Assembly: GCF_006345805.1 (NCBI RefSeq)
Contig: NC_043004.1
Location: forward strand, 21,266,001-21,330,000
Direction: 5' to 3'
DNA length: 64,000 bases
DNA from: Octopus sinensis
Lineage: Eukaryota
The notes beneath the pieces are model-generated. The model did no database searches. It saw nothing but the letters and a program-made list of their open reading frames with translations, and was not told the origin of the DNA. The translations under genes were made by a program, and so were the position numbers. Numbering within the stretch: the first letter of the stretch is position 1; each line of letters opens with the position of its first letter. This document shows, piece by piece, positions 23,743 through 36,460 of the stretch.

Positions 23743-23743
<1 letters not shown>
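23273..23743 (-). mobile_element. SINE A, full length with expanded internal (CA)n(TA)n
   Basis: Homology to other copies. Confidence 0.92.
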
Positions 23744-23786
<43 letters not shown>

Positions 23787-24315
23787 TATGTATATGCATA
23801 TGCACTTATAATTATGTGTTTGCTTGTGCAAATATATATGCGTGTGTATGCATGTGTATGTGTGATGAAATCCTCACACAAAATATAATACATTTTGTTG
23901 GACATACACACACACATGCACACAGAAACATGTGCTTACACACACATGTATATGTGTGCACACTCACACACGAGCACAAACACATATTCATTAGTATCTA
24001 AATGAGTGTACATATATGTAATATACGTGTAATGGACATTAAATCATTAATATATGCAATTTCTATTTATTCAGTTATGAAAGAATAGAAATTGATTAGT
24101 AAGCCGGCAATTTTATAATCATACTTTTAAGAATATCTCTATATCATATCCTGTATTGAAGTATGAAATAAGCTTTTATTAGAAATTCACTATATTTTGG
24201 TCTGTATAGATTTAAATATGAATTACACAATATAAGCATTATAGAGAAATTATTCAATATAGCATAAACTAGATAAGAAAGAGAGAATACAGAGACAAGC
24301 ATATATATATATATT

Positions 24316-24348
<33 letters not shown>

Positions 24349-24509
24349 CGATGGGCTTCTTTCAGTTTCTGTCTACCAAATCCACTCACAAGGCTTTGGT
24401 CGGCCCGAGGCTATAGTAGAAGCCACTTGCCCAAGGTGCCACGCAGTGGGACTGAACCCGGAACCATGTGGTTGGTAAGCAAGCTACTTACCACAGCCAC
24501 TCCTGCGCC

Positions 24510-24568
<59 letters not shown>

Positions 24569-25104
24569 ATATGCATATGCACTTATAATTATGTGTTTGC
24601 TTGTGCAAATATATATGCGTGTGTATGCATGTGTATGTGTGATGAAATCCTCACACAAAATATAATACATTTTGTTGGACATACACACACACATGCACAC
24701 AGAAACATGTGCTTACACACACATGTATATGTGTGCACACTCACACACGAGCACAAACACATATTCATTAGTATCTAAATGAGTGTACATATATGTAATA
24801 TACGTGTAATGGACATTAAATCATTAATATATGCAAATTTCTATTTATTCAGTTATGAAAGAATAGAAATTGATTAGTAAGCCGGCAATTTTATAATCAT
24901 ACTTTTAAGAATATCTCTATATCATATCCTGTATTGAAGTATGAAATAAGCTTTTATTAGAAATTCACTATATTTTGGTCTGTATAGATTTAAATATGAA
25001 TTACACAATATAAGCATTATAGAGAAATTATTCAATATAGCATAAACTAGATAAGAAAGAGAGAATACAGAGACAAGCATATATATATATATTATATATA
25101 TATA
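23565..25104 (+). repeat. Near-identical tandem duplication, unit ~767 bp (includes the 5' half of SINE A plus unique DNA)
   Basis: acgatgggcttc at 23581 and 24348. The copies differ only in microsatellite lengths and a few bases; both junctions fall in (AT)n. Confidence 0.95.
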
Positions 25105-25229
25105 TGTGTGTGTGTATGTATATATATATATCTGTATGTATGTATATATATATATATCTGTATGTATGTATATATATATATCTGTATGTATATATGTGTA
25201 TATATATATCTGTATGTATGTATATATAT

Positions 25230-25260
<31 letters not shown>

Positions 25261-25455
25261 TATATATATTTATATATGTATGTATATGTGTGTGTGTATA
25301 GAAAGGGAGAGGGAGAGAGGGAGGGAAGAGAGAGAGAGAAATGCATATATGTAAATTATATATTATATATGCAGGCAAATCAAAATTTGGCTTGTAGAGA
25401 ATTTTGATTTAAGTATGATTTTTGTGTATATATATATATATGTGTGCATATATGG

Positions 25456-25507
<52 letters not shown>

Positions 25508-25933
25508 CTATGTATGTATGTATGTATGTATGCATGTATGTATGTATATTTGTTGAAATTATAACATATAAGTTTCAGAGAATGTATGAATAGTATAGAG
25601 CTCAACATTATTGGTGGCTCTCTATTATAACGTATGAGCTCTACTATATATATTAGCAATATATTTTGCATAGTGCAAACATTATCTAATATTGAAATCA
25701 ATATACTGGGCACAATAGATAAATATGTTCATTATATTAAAATTTGACAATATATTCTCAGTTTTGACTGCTTTTTCACAATTGTGAGGTCAAATAAGTT
25801 GCTTGCAGTTCCATGGAAAAGTGTGTTTTGAATTGAATAGATTGAAAATTTTAGCTATAATATTCTTACCTATCCACTTGATGCAATGTTTTGTGTTCTA
25901 TGTACATAACATAATATTTGTTCTACATGAAAT

Positions 25934-26385
25934 CATCATCATCATCATCATCGTCGTCATCGTTGTTATCATCTATCATCACTATCATTGTTTAACTTCT
26001 GTTTTCCATACTGGCACAAGTTGAATAGTTTGACAGGAGTTGTTTTAGCATGGCTTCTATTGCTGGATGCCCTTCCTAATGCCAACCACTTTAAGGAAAT
26101 AAAACCCTCAAAATTGAAGCTGGGAGTGGTATTGAGGGAGAGGGTGTCTTTGTGCCAGTTAAGAAATCAAAACGTATAGAGGAACGGAGATAGGTGTCTT
26201 GCTGTAGATACATGGATACTCTGATTAGAAAAGAAAGGACACTGAGTTATAGAGTAAGATAAGGAGTGATCAACATTCAGTGCTTCATCTCTTGTCTTCT
26301 TGGATCTCCCTCTTGCACCAGTTCCATCCACTTTAAGTGAATAGCACTTCTTTATGCAACATTCCTCATTTATATGCATCACAGG
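25934..26385 (-). mobile_element. Degenerate RTE-type LINE 3' end with (GAT)n tail
   Basis: ORF 26167-26382 CIKKCYSLKVDGTGARGRSKKTRDEAL (RTE C-terminal RGRPxK motif); 3' UTR motif ggttggcattaggaagggcatccagc on the minus strand. Confidence 0.7.
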
Positions 26386-26495
26386 ACCAAACCAGTGCCA
26401 TCTTCTCTCTGCACACAGCAGCTAATTCTTCTTAAGCCCAACTTTTCTCTCAATACAAATGTAAAGAAAAAGTCAAACATAAAATAATAATAATA

Positions 26496-26858
26496 ATGAT
26501 AGGTGAGACATGTAGAGATTCCCATTTGGTGTATGCAGCAGAATGCTTGAAACACAACTTGATTTATATTGGTTGTATAATGGAACAATTAAACAAAAGA
26601 TTTTATGGGTACAGATATGACATCAGGTACAATAATAGTAGTTCAACAAATCTTGCCAAACATTTTGCATCAAATGGCTGCAATTTTGAAAAAGACTTGA
26701 AAGTGCATATTCTCAGAAAATATTCAGAATCTGATACACTTTCAATACTCAAAATGCACGAGGAGAAATATGTTTGTGGGTTACTAACATCACGCCCTGG
26801 AGTAATGAATAAAATACCAGGAGAATTTCATCAAATTTACACAAAACTGTTTGATTAA
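26496..26858 (+). pseudogene. GIY-YIG endonuclease fragment of a Penelope-like element
   Basis: SHLVYAAECLKHNLIYIG..QLNKRF..LAKHF..DLKVHIL..E..L.T..PGVMN, the Penelope GIY-YIG pattern. Confidence 0.85.
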
Positions 26859-27120
26859 ATATTCTTCTTTTTCTTTTCCTTTTTCCTCTTTTTTTTCTTT
26901 CTTTTTCTTTTCACCAGTTGTTAAATTAAAACTTGAAGACTGATAATGTCATTCTATCAACATATAGATGCTGGTTGCTCTTGTTCGTATTTTAGATTTG
27001 AATTTCTATAATTTTGAATTCTTATTACTTTTCATTTTGAACTCAATAAAGACAGGTTTACTATCAAAATATTCAGTCAATAAAATATCTATTGCAATCT
27101 CATTGCACCCATCTCTTGTC

Positions 27121-27168
<48 letters not shown>

Positions 27169-27186
27169 CATTATTATTATTATTAT

Positions 27187-27393
27187 TAAGATGGCAGAAT
27201 TTCTAGCACGTTGGATGAAATGCTTAGTGGTATTTTGTCCATCACTATGTTCTGAGTTCAAATTCTGATGAGGTTGACTTTGCCTTTCATCCTTTTGGGG
27301 GTCGATAAATTAAGTACCATTTGCATACTGGGGTCGATCTAATTGATTGCCCCTTCCCCAAAAATGTCATGCATTGTACCTATAGTAGAAAGG

Positions 27394-27428
<35 letters not shown>

Positions 27429-27653
27429 CATTATTATTATTATTATTAAGATGGCAGAATTTCTAGCACGTTGGATGAAATGCTTAGTGGTATTTTGTCC
27501 ATCACTATGTTCTGAGTTCAAATTCTGATGAGGTTGACTTTGCCTTTCATCCTTTTGGGGGTCGATAAATTAAGTACCATTTGCATACTGGGGTCGATCT
27601 AATTGATTGCCCCTTCCCCAAAAATGTCATGCATTGTACCTATAGTAGAAAGG

Positions 27654-27655
<2 letters not shown>
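27187..27655 (+). mobile_element. Two identical tandem SINE B copies (27187-27395, 27447-27655) separated by (ATT)n
   Basis: 260-bp offset; the copies share the same departures from other family B members. Confidence 0.93.
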
Positions 27656-27689
<34 letters not shown>

Positions 27690-27692
<3 letters not shown>

Positions 27693-28130
27693 GAGTGAGA
27701 GAGCAGTGCATGCCATCAAAGTGACACTGGGGTAAAATATACGAAGCCCAATATACCCATCATGACTACCCGTCTGATAAAGGTACACCAGGCACATGCA
27801 TCACAACCATATGTGCGCGACATGGTGATCTCATATCAAGATAAACAGCACATGACCTTGCAGGTGGGGCCCAGTTAGAATTTTCTTCAGGTTGAGTAGC
27901 CCATCCCACTCAAAAGGTCTCTGAATAAGGGTTGTTTAAGGATGTTGAAAGAACCACCCATGTTTCCAGAGGTGAATTATTCAAACCCCAAAGAATCCCC
28001 CCAACACATGGCCATGATGCTTCCCCACTACTTCTGCTCGTGATCAGAGACGCACATATCGTCAGCCACTAAGGGACATGCTCAACTGGTTAAGGTCAAA
28101 CAACTGACAAGCAAATCTGTGGTATTGAGC
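27690..28130 (-). mobile_element. Non-autonomous element D, 5'-truncated
   Basis: Reverse complement of 32570-32987; (ATT)n on both sides. Confidence 0.9.
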
Positions 28131-28837
28131 TATTATTATTATTATTATTATTACTACTATTATTATTATTAGACACAATTTCTTTCACTGTATGTTTATG
28201 ACTTCACTGATGGCCCATATACAGAAACAGCCAATAAAGACATTTGACTCTGGGCTAGACATAGAGATGGCATGAACTACATAAACATACAACTTCGTAC
28301 ATACTGAAGAACTTACAGAGAAATGATAAATTTAGTCTGTGATAAACAAAACTACAAGATAATATTTAACAATGGCTTTATTAGCATTTTCTACTGGTTG
28401 ATAAATCCGTGTAGCTCAGCAAACTATAATAACCATTTTGCAAAGTACATATGATATAGCATTTCAAGTTTGACATTAGGAAAACAATATTCTCATATAA
28501 AACAAAATAAAAGAGAACAAAACAAATTTATTCAAAGAAGTGTTCTGAAAAAACGATGATATAGACACATCTGCTGAGAGAGTAACTATAGAAGCTGCTT
28601 GAGAAGAAAGTGACGATGCACACTTCTTTTTACATGCATCACTGATTCTCAGCATCTTATGGAATGACAGATTATTACACCAGTTGATTGTAAAGTTAAG
28701 ACATTGGCATGTCTGTTGATGCAAAGCTAGTCTGATGTTAGACAGTTGTCAAGAAGAAAAAAAATAATAAATTGCCAATTTGAGGATCTGTGTTCAAGCT
28801 GTTGTGATAGTGCAAATACGACAAAAATCATAAGCAA

Positions 28838-29232
28838 GCAAGCATGGCTGCATGGTAAGAAGCTTGTTATCCAACCATATGGTTGCAGGTTTAGTCCCAC
28901 TGTTTGGCATCTTGGGTAAATGTCTTTTACTATAGTCTCAGGCTGACCAAAGCCGTTTGAGTGGATTTGGTAGATGGAAATTGAAAGAAGCCTGCCATGT
29001 GTGTGTGTGTGTGTGTGCACATGTGTGTGTATGTTTGTCCCCTACTACCACTTGACAACTGGTGTTGGTGTGTTTATGTCCTAATAACTTAGTAGTTCAG
29101 CAAAAGAGACCAATAGAATAAATACCAGGCTTAATGAAAAATAAGTACTGGTGTCAGTTCATTCAATAAAATATCCTTCAAGGTGATGCTCCAGCATGGC
29201 CACAGTCTAAGGACTGAAACAAGCAAAAGATA
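28838..29232 (+). mobile_element. Older SINE A subfamily copy
   Basis: tggctgcatggtaag A-box, ggtttagtccc B-box, shared body and tail. Confidence 0.85.
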
Positions 29233-30080
29233 TTGCCAACTGATGTTTTACTCCACTGTATTTGTTAAAGTTAACTGTTGTAAGTTAATGGTTAAACATC
29301 AGTGAGAGAAATGGTGAGATGGAGGGAACTTCTCAGGTTCTTACAGATAATAAATTAGCCAGCTTTTATTGCAAGTGTTTGACAGAAACTATGTGAAGCC
29401 CATAAAATGGAAAGTACCAGTACTTTTAATGCCTAGCCTTGTAATGTAATTCAGCTGAAGAATTGTATAAAGGCTACACATGTCCATGGGCTACACATAC
29501 ATATTAATTTAATGGGTTGGCATTTCAGTTGATCAAACAGTTAAATTTCTCATCATTGAACCTGTCTCAGGATCTTTCATATCATATGCTGTGTTGTGGA
29601 TGTCATGAATTTCCCATTTCAGTACTTGTTCTATTTCTTCCCTTTCGTGTCTTTACATCTTGCATTTTATGATGCTTTTCTGCATTTAGATATAGTGTCA
29701 GGTATAGTTTTGGATATATTAACTGCAACCCTTCCATTAGACGTTTATTGTAATGTGTCAACAATATATGTAACCCTTTCACCTATCAAAAAAGGGAGTC
29801 GTTTAACTGCTATCTCTTTTGTATCCTGAGAGACTGTGTTGATGTTCCATTTGAGACTAGTTTTTCAAATTTGCTGTGTGTTAGGGCATTAAATATTAAA
29901 CTTTTAGAATAGCCGTAACTACTCTCAGAAACTCATGATAGGTAACAACCCTGGTTGGTACAGACAGCATTACACTGTTTCTATAAGGTCAATGTTTGAG
30001 AGCAACTACTGCCAAATTTTAAAACTAAGTATTTAGCTACAGACATGGTGAAAAGTATTATGGTATAATAAACAACAATA

Positions 30081-30957
30081 TGAGGTGCTATCAAAAAGTT
30101 TACGGGATTAGTTCTATAGCATACCAACAGGTGGTGGCATACAGTTGTGTACACAGTGTGAGCTATCAGGGACCTTTCTGAGGCAGTGAGCCAAGTGACA
30201 TTGTTGTATTAACTTTACAAGTTGTGAAATTTGTGTTTTTGTAATCATGTGTATGCCGTAGTCTGCGATTTTTGTCATGGACAGGAAGCTGGAACAAAGA
30301 GCCAACGAGAAATCGTGTTTAAAACTTGGGAAGTGTGCCACAGAGACATTGAGCATGCTTTGGCAAGCTTACAGGAATGAGGCAATGGGTTGTATACAAT
30401 GTTTCAAGTGGAATGGGTGCACTAAAGAGCCATAGCTCAACTAAGTGCATGCTCATCGTATTTTCAACATCTGTGGTAGTATGCATTGAGAATTTGTCCC
30501 CCAGGGCCAGACTGTCAGTTGAGAGTTCTACTGCGATGTTTTGAAGCATTTGAGGAGGGATATTCAGTGAAAGGGACTGTATCATGACGTTAATGCACCC
30601 CGTCACTGAGGTCTTTCACTCATGAGATTTTCACCAAAAACACGGCATCATTTCTACATCCACCCTATTCGCCAGATTTAGTACTTGCAAACTTTCAGCT
30701 CTTCTCCAAGATGACAATGCAGCTCAAAGGTCACTGTTTTAACTCTGTTGTTGAGACCAAGAACGAATCGCAGAAAGCCCTTGACTCACTTATGCAAAAC
30801 AACTTCCAGGCCGGATTTAAAAAATGGCAGGAATGCTGGGACTGTTGAATTGCTGCATAAGGTGACTATTTCAAAGGAGATAATGTTAAAACTTAGATAA
30901 ATAAGTTAATTTTTTTAATCAATATAACTAGGTCAGGAACCTCTTGGTACCACCTCG
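30081..30957 (+). mobile_element. Internally deleted mariner transposon with both TIRs and TA flanks
   Basis: TA|tgaggtgctatcaaaaagtt ... aacctcttggtaccacctcg|TA. N-terminus MDRKLEQRAN..KLGKCATET; C-terminus HDVNAPRH, HPPYSPDL and GDYFKG. Confidence 0.92.
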
Positions 30958-31283
30958 TACTTCCAGTAGAATATACATTCCTAGACTAAGTTACATGAAA
31001 GATTCTGTGGAGCAGTCCGAACTTTAACTCACTTGCAGGGTGGTACATTACTGAACTCCCCTATTGTTTAGGCAAGTTGTAAAATAAACATGAAGAATGT
31101 GAAAAAGATTGCATACAGAAATAAGACAATTTAGTACAGATACGAGGAAAAACTTTAAAATAAAATTTATGGTGGCACAAGTCCATAAATTTGGAGAAAA
31201 GAAAGTCACTTATACCAAAGACAATATTTACAAGTAACTAGTATTTTACTGTATCAACCCTGGAAGGATGAAAGATAATATTG

Positions 31284-31471
31284 GTTTCAATTTTTGACAC
31301 AAGGCCAGCAATTTCAGGGAGGAGATAAGTCGATTATATCAACCCCAATTTTCAACTGGTACTTATTTTATGAACCACGGCAGGATTTGAACTCAGAACA
31401 TAAAGACAAATGAAATTCCACAATACATTTTACTTGGCATCCTAACAATTCTACCAGCATTCCACCTCAAC
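31284..31471 (-). mobile_element. SINE B (minus strand, core partly deleted)
   Basis: ggatttgaactcagaac and ctaacaattctaccagc are reverse-complement head; 16-bp direct repeat atgaaagataatattg at 31268-31283 and 31472-31487. Confidence 0.8.
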
Positions 31472-31497
31472 ATGAAAGATAATATTGAGTTTAGCTC

Positions 31498-31711
31498 AAG
31501 GTGGTGAGTTGGCAGAAGCGTTAGTATGCCAGATGAAATGCTTAGCGGTATTTTGTCTGTCTATGCATTCTGAGTTTAAATTCTGCCGAGGTCAACTTTG
31601 CCTTTCACCACTTCGGGGTTGATAAATTAAGTACCCATTGTTTACAGGGATTGATCTGATCAACTGGCTTCCTCCCACAAAATTTCAGGCCTTGGGCCAA
31701 GGGTAGAAAAG
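31498..31711 (+). mobile_element. SINE B with TSD
   Basis: Full head and core; flanking aatattgagttta(g/t)ctc at 31481-31497 and 31712-31728. Confidence 0.88.
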
Positions 31712-32433
31712 AATATTGAGTTTATCTCTACTGGAACAAATACTACATAACCTTTTGCCTGGTACTCTAATATTTCATCTCTCAATCCACCAATTTACAT
31801 TACTAAAACATAGTTCGAATAAACTGGAAATTTAAAATCATGTCTCTAAGAAGCATCAATAGCTATTGAGGAGGTGGTATATATTTCTGGATATATATTA
31901 CCGAGGGAAATAAATTGAAGAAACTTTTCCAAGAATATATTACTTCCTCTGCTGACACAGCAAAACCAGGTTTGATAGTAATTTACATTCTGGCACATAG
32001 CCCAGTCAGTGCTAGTAATTCGTCCAAGACATATTGTGTTGGTCAATCTAGCTTCACTCAACTTTATTTTCCTACACGTTGCAGAGAAAAAGTTAAAATT
32101 TTTATATCTGCTTTTTATGTTCACAAATGCATATAATAAAATAAAGATATAAAAACCTACTTGGATACATATCTCCACTATAGACATAAACATATGTCTG
32201 TGCATGTGCACACAATGCATGCACATGCACATACACTCACACACACACTCACGCACATACAAACATATACACACACATGCATATATATTATATATCATCA
32301 TCGTCATTGTCACTACCACCATCTTTATCATCATCATCATCATTTTAACATCTACTTTTCCTTGCTTGCATGAGTCAGACAGAGTTTATTGAGGCAGTAA
32401 TGATTCTACAACATAGCCACCACAAAAATAATA

Positions 32434-32480
<47 letters not shown>

Positions 32481-32483
<3 letters not shown>

Positions 32484-32987
32484 GCCTTGTTGCTATACCT
32501 GGCACTGGCTCTCATGGCTTCTTATTTTAACTGATTGGAATTGATATAAAAGATGGGCTACAGCAAATATTCTGCTCAGTACCACAGATTTGCTTGTCTA
32601 TTGTTTGACCGTAACCAGTTGAGCATTTTCCTTAATGGTTGATGATATGTACATCCCTGATCACAAGCAGAAGTAGTTGGGCAACATCATAGTCCTGTGT
32701 TGAGAGGAATTATTTGAGGTTTGAATAATTCACCTCTCGAAACATTTGTTTTGTTCCTCCTCCTTAAACAACCCTTATTCAGGGACCTTTTGAATGGGAT
32801 GGGCTACTTAACCTGAAGAAAATTCTAACTGCAAGGTCATGCACTATCAATATTGATATGAGATCACCATGTTGTGCACATTTGATTGTGATGCATGAGC
32901 CTGGTGTACCCAGATGGGTAGTCATGATGGCTTCACATATTTGTACCCCAGTATCACTTTGATGGCATGTGATGGACTCTCACTCAA
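32481..32987 (+). mobile_element. Non-autonomous element D, longest copy (~510 bp) inside (TAA)n
   Basis: (TAA)n at 32431-32480 and 32988-33016; ends tctcactcaataataa; homologous to 27690-28130 and 4303-4386. Confidence 0.88.
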
Positions 32988-33771
32988 TAATAATAATAAC
33001 AATGATAATGATAATAGATTTGTCTGTTGTCAGGATTGATAGAGTGGTTGATAAAATGACATGCATTTGTGAGTTACTTCACTAAATATTACCAAGATCA
33101 AATCCTGCTGCCATGAATATTGCCTTTCATTTTTCCAAGCTCAAAAACTTATTAAAAAATAAACAACACCCAACCATCGTATTTTGAGATTGGTTTAACA
33201 CTTGCCTGTCTATTCTTTCGAAATTTATTGCCGTATATCTAAAAATTTGTGAAATCAGTAATAATTGAATTGCAGATATCATAAATACAAAGGAAGTAAT
33301 CACTTTTTAATACATTTGTCAGATTTGTTGAAGTATTTTCTAATGAGTTGAATGGTTCAGTAATCTGCTTATTGAAGTTTAAATAGAACATGACATAACA
33401 ACTTGACAGAAAATTAAACTCAATTTTACAAAGCAATAGTGAAAAATCTAATTGATAGCAAATCAGAAGAACAGTTAAATTATATAAGAACTGCAACAAC
33501 AATTAGTGAGATAATTGCATATCTAACATGACAGAACTGTTAGAATTGATCTTTAAATATATTATATAAATGGAATGAAGATTTTGTGTTTACCATCCAT
33601 CGAAGTGTTAATATTTGTTTAATTGGTATTAATTTATTAATGTTAACTCTCATTTCAGTATAACTTTAAAATTCTGTTTATCACATTTCTTATGAGATAA
33701 GTCATTATACTGCTATTGAAATGCTATTAACATAACTACAGTAAAATGTTTAACAAGCAAAATAAATGATC

Positions 33772-33870
33772 AAATCATCATCATCATCATCGTTTAACGT
33801 CCGTTTTGCGTGCTAGCATGGGTTGGACGGTTCGACCGGGATCTGGGAAGCCAGAAGGCTGCACCAGGCT
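33772..33870 (-). mobile_element. RTE-type LINE 3' tip with (GAT)n tail
   Basis: catcatcgtttaacgtccg..gctagcatgggttggacgg is the reverse complement of the 41030-41083 type end. Confidence 0.85.
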
Positions 33871-34230
33871 CATACATATACAAATAAAAAATTATCATCA
33901 TCATCATCCTCCCTCCTTCTTCTTTTCTCTTACTCTTCCTCCTTCTTTTCCCCTCTTCTTCCTCCTTCTTTTCTCCTCCTCTTCCTCCTTCTTTTCTCCT
34001 CCTCTTCCTCCTTCTTTTCTCCTTCCTTTCCTCCCCTTCCTCCTTCAATATTTGAGATCATTATTGTTGTTGTTGTTAAATGTTGGCTGTGCTTCACTTT
34101 GGCTCATAAAAGTTTAGTTGTTTTTGTTTGAAATAAGTTACTTTATTTAGTGTTTTTGGATATTTTGTGAAGTAGGAGACAGTAATTTTTGACACTAAAG
34201 GACACCCATCTGACAACAAAAACTTCATCA

Positions 34231-34633
34231 TTTACTCTTTTTTACTCTTTTACTTCTTTCAGTCATGTGACTGTGGCCATGCTGGAGCAGCACCTTTAGT
34301 CGAGCAAATCGACCCCAAGACTTATTCTTTGTAAGCCTAGTACTTATTCTATCAGTCTCTTTTTGCCGAACCGCTAAGTCATGGGGACGTAAACACACCA
34401 CCATTTATTGTCAAGTGATGTTGGGGTGACAAACATATACACACATACATATATATATATACATATATACGACGGGCTTCTTTCAGTTTCGGTCTACCAA
34501 ATCCACTCACAAGGCTTTGATCGGCCCGAGGCTATAGTAGAAGACACTTGCCCAAGGTGCCACTCGGTGGGACCGAACCCGGAACCATGAAATTCATAAG
34601 CAAGCTACTTACCACACAGCCACTCCTACGCCT
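34231..34633 (-). mobile_element. SINE A, full length
   Basis: Homology to other copies. Confidence 0.92.
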
Positions 34634-34876
34634 ATAAATAGGAGGGGGAATGATTCCTCTGCCCAATACTGGTTAAATCTCTGGCCTCAACTCAAACATT
34701 ACTAGCTTGACTACCATTGGTAGTAGTAAAGGAAGAACAAACTGAAACAAAAAACAACAATGACAACAACAACTATAACATAAAACAACAGTACTGGGAT
34801 CAACAACAACATGATATTAATTATAGAGGGCAGAAACTGGGCTTCTACATTTGTCAGAGTAAATCTGAATATATTC

Positions 34877-35287
34877 AGGCGCAGGAGTGGCTGTGTGGTA
34901 AGTAGCTTGCTAACCAACCACATGGTTGCGGGTTCAGTCCCACTGCGTGGCATCTTGGGCAAGTGTCTTCTGCTATAGCCCCGGGCCGACCAATGCCTTG
35001 TGAGTGGATTTGGTAGACGGAAACTGAAAGAAGCCTGTCGTATATATGTATATATATATATATGTGTGTGTGTTTGTGTGTCTGTGTTTGTCCCCCTAGC
35101 ATTGCTTGACAACCGATGCTGGTGTGTCTACGTCCCCGCCACTTAGTGGTTTGGCAAAAGAGACCGATAGAATAAGTACTTGGCTTACAAAGAATAACTT
35201 CCGGGGTCGATTTGATCAACTAAAGGCGGTGCTCCAGCATGGCTGCAGTCAAATGACTGAAACAAGTAAAAGAGAAAGAGAAAGAGA
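34877..35287 (+). mobile_element. SINE A, full length
   Basis: gcaggagtggctgtgtggtaag head, ggttcagtccc B-box, aaaagagaaagag tail. Confidence 0.93.
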
Positions 35288-36144
35288 TATGAAAGAACTT
35301 GGAAGACTAACCAAAAACAAGGAAAATAAAGTTAATGAATTACATTAAAAAGAACAACAAAGCTTCTAATGCACCACCAGTCAAGACTCGTTCATGTATA
35401 GGAAGTTAGATATCTTTACGAGAATTATAAAAAAAGATGTGCAAACACCACATCCCAAACAATTTCAACCTGTCACATTATACTATCATTGTGCAAAAAG
35501 GAAGAAATGATAATCACAGATGTAAGGCTATAAATATTAGGTGAAAACACAAAATGTTAAAAATAGTTAAACAAAAAGTCACAAAATAGGATTGTACATA
35601 AAACAACTTGGACATAATTTCTTCAAAATGACAATAAAATCTCTCCTCAGAAAAATAACAAACAAAATAAAACAGATGTAAGTGAAATAAGATTAACCAT
35701 TTCTTGAAAAACCAAACAAACGGTTAAACAAATTTAGGGGTCGATAGTACCACGGACTTTCCAACACAAATGCCACAAGTTTAAGAATATAAACAACATT
35801 GGAAAAATAGATTATTTGTAAAATTAAAGCTAAAAAAATACACAGAACTAAAAAAACAATATCTTCAAATAGAGTTTTACAACAAATGTCTCTAATAATG
35901 CTCAGATGTGCCCTTCATTGCACTTGTACACAATTTAAGATATGGTTATACAAACACATAACTGTCAGTTACTTGTAAATCCAGTCCTAAAGATCATGTC
36001 CTAACTCTCATGTCTTATTACCAGACACTATGTGCTCAGAGATACATTGTCGAATGTAGATTAATGTCTATCTAGAAGCTTAAACTGCTTGAAACAGCAG
36101 CCAAGGTTCTGTACTTCTGAATTAATTGGAGTGTTAGAGTGTCC

Positions 36145-36150
36145 TTGTGC

Positions 36151-36181
<31 letters not shown>

Positions 36182-36460
36182 AGCGTGTGTGTGTGTGTGT
36201 GCATGGACATGTGTGTGTGTAGGGATATGTATGTGTGTGTGTATGTAGGGATATGTATGTGCATGTGTATATAGGGATATATATGTGCATGTGTATATAG
36301 GGTTATGTGTATATATAAGTTGTGTGTGCATGTAATGGTGTGTGTAGGGGTATGTGTGTATGTATCTATTTTTACAGGTGAGTGAGTGTGTGGGTAGTAC
36401 GTGTGTATGTCTGTGTGTTTGTGCGTGTGTGTGTGTGTGTGCGTGTGTGCATGCATGTGT
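36145..36460. repeat. Degenerate (GT)n-rich tract
   Basis: Direct reading. Confidence 0.9.
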
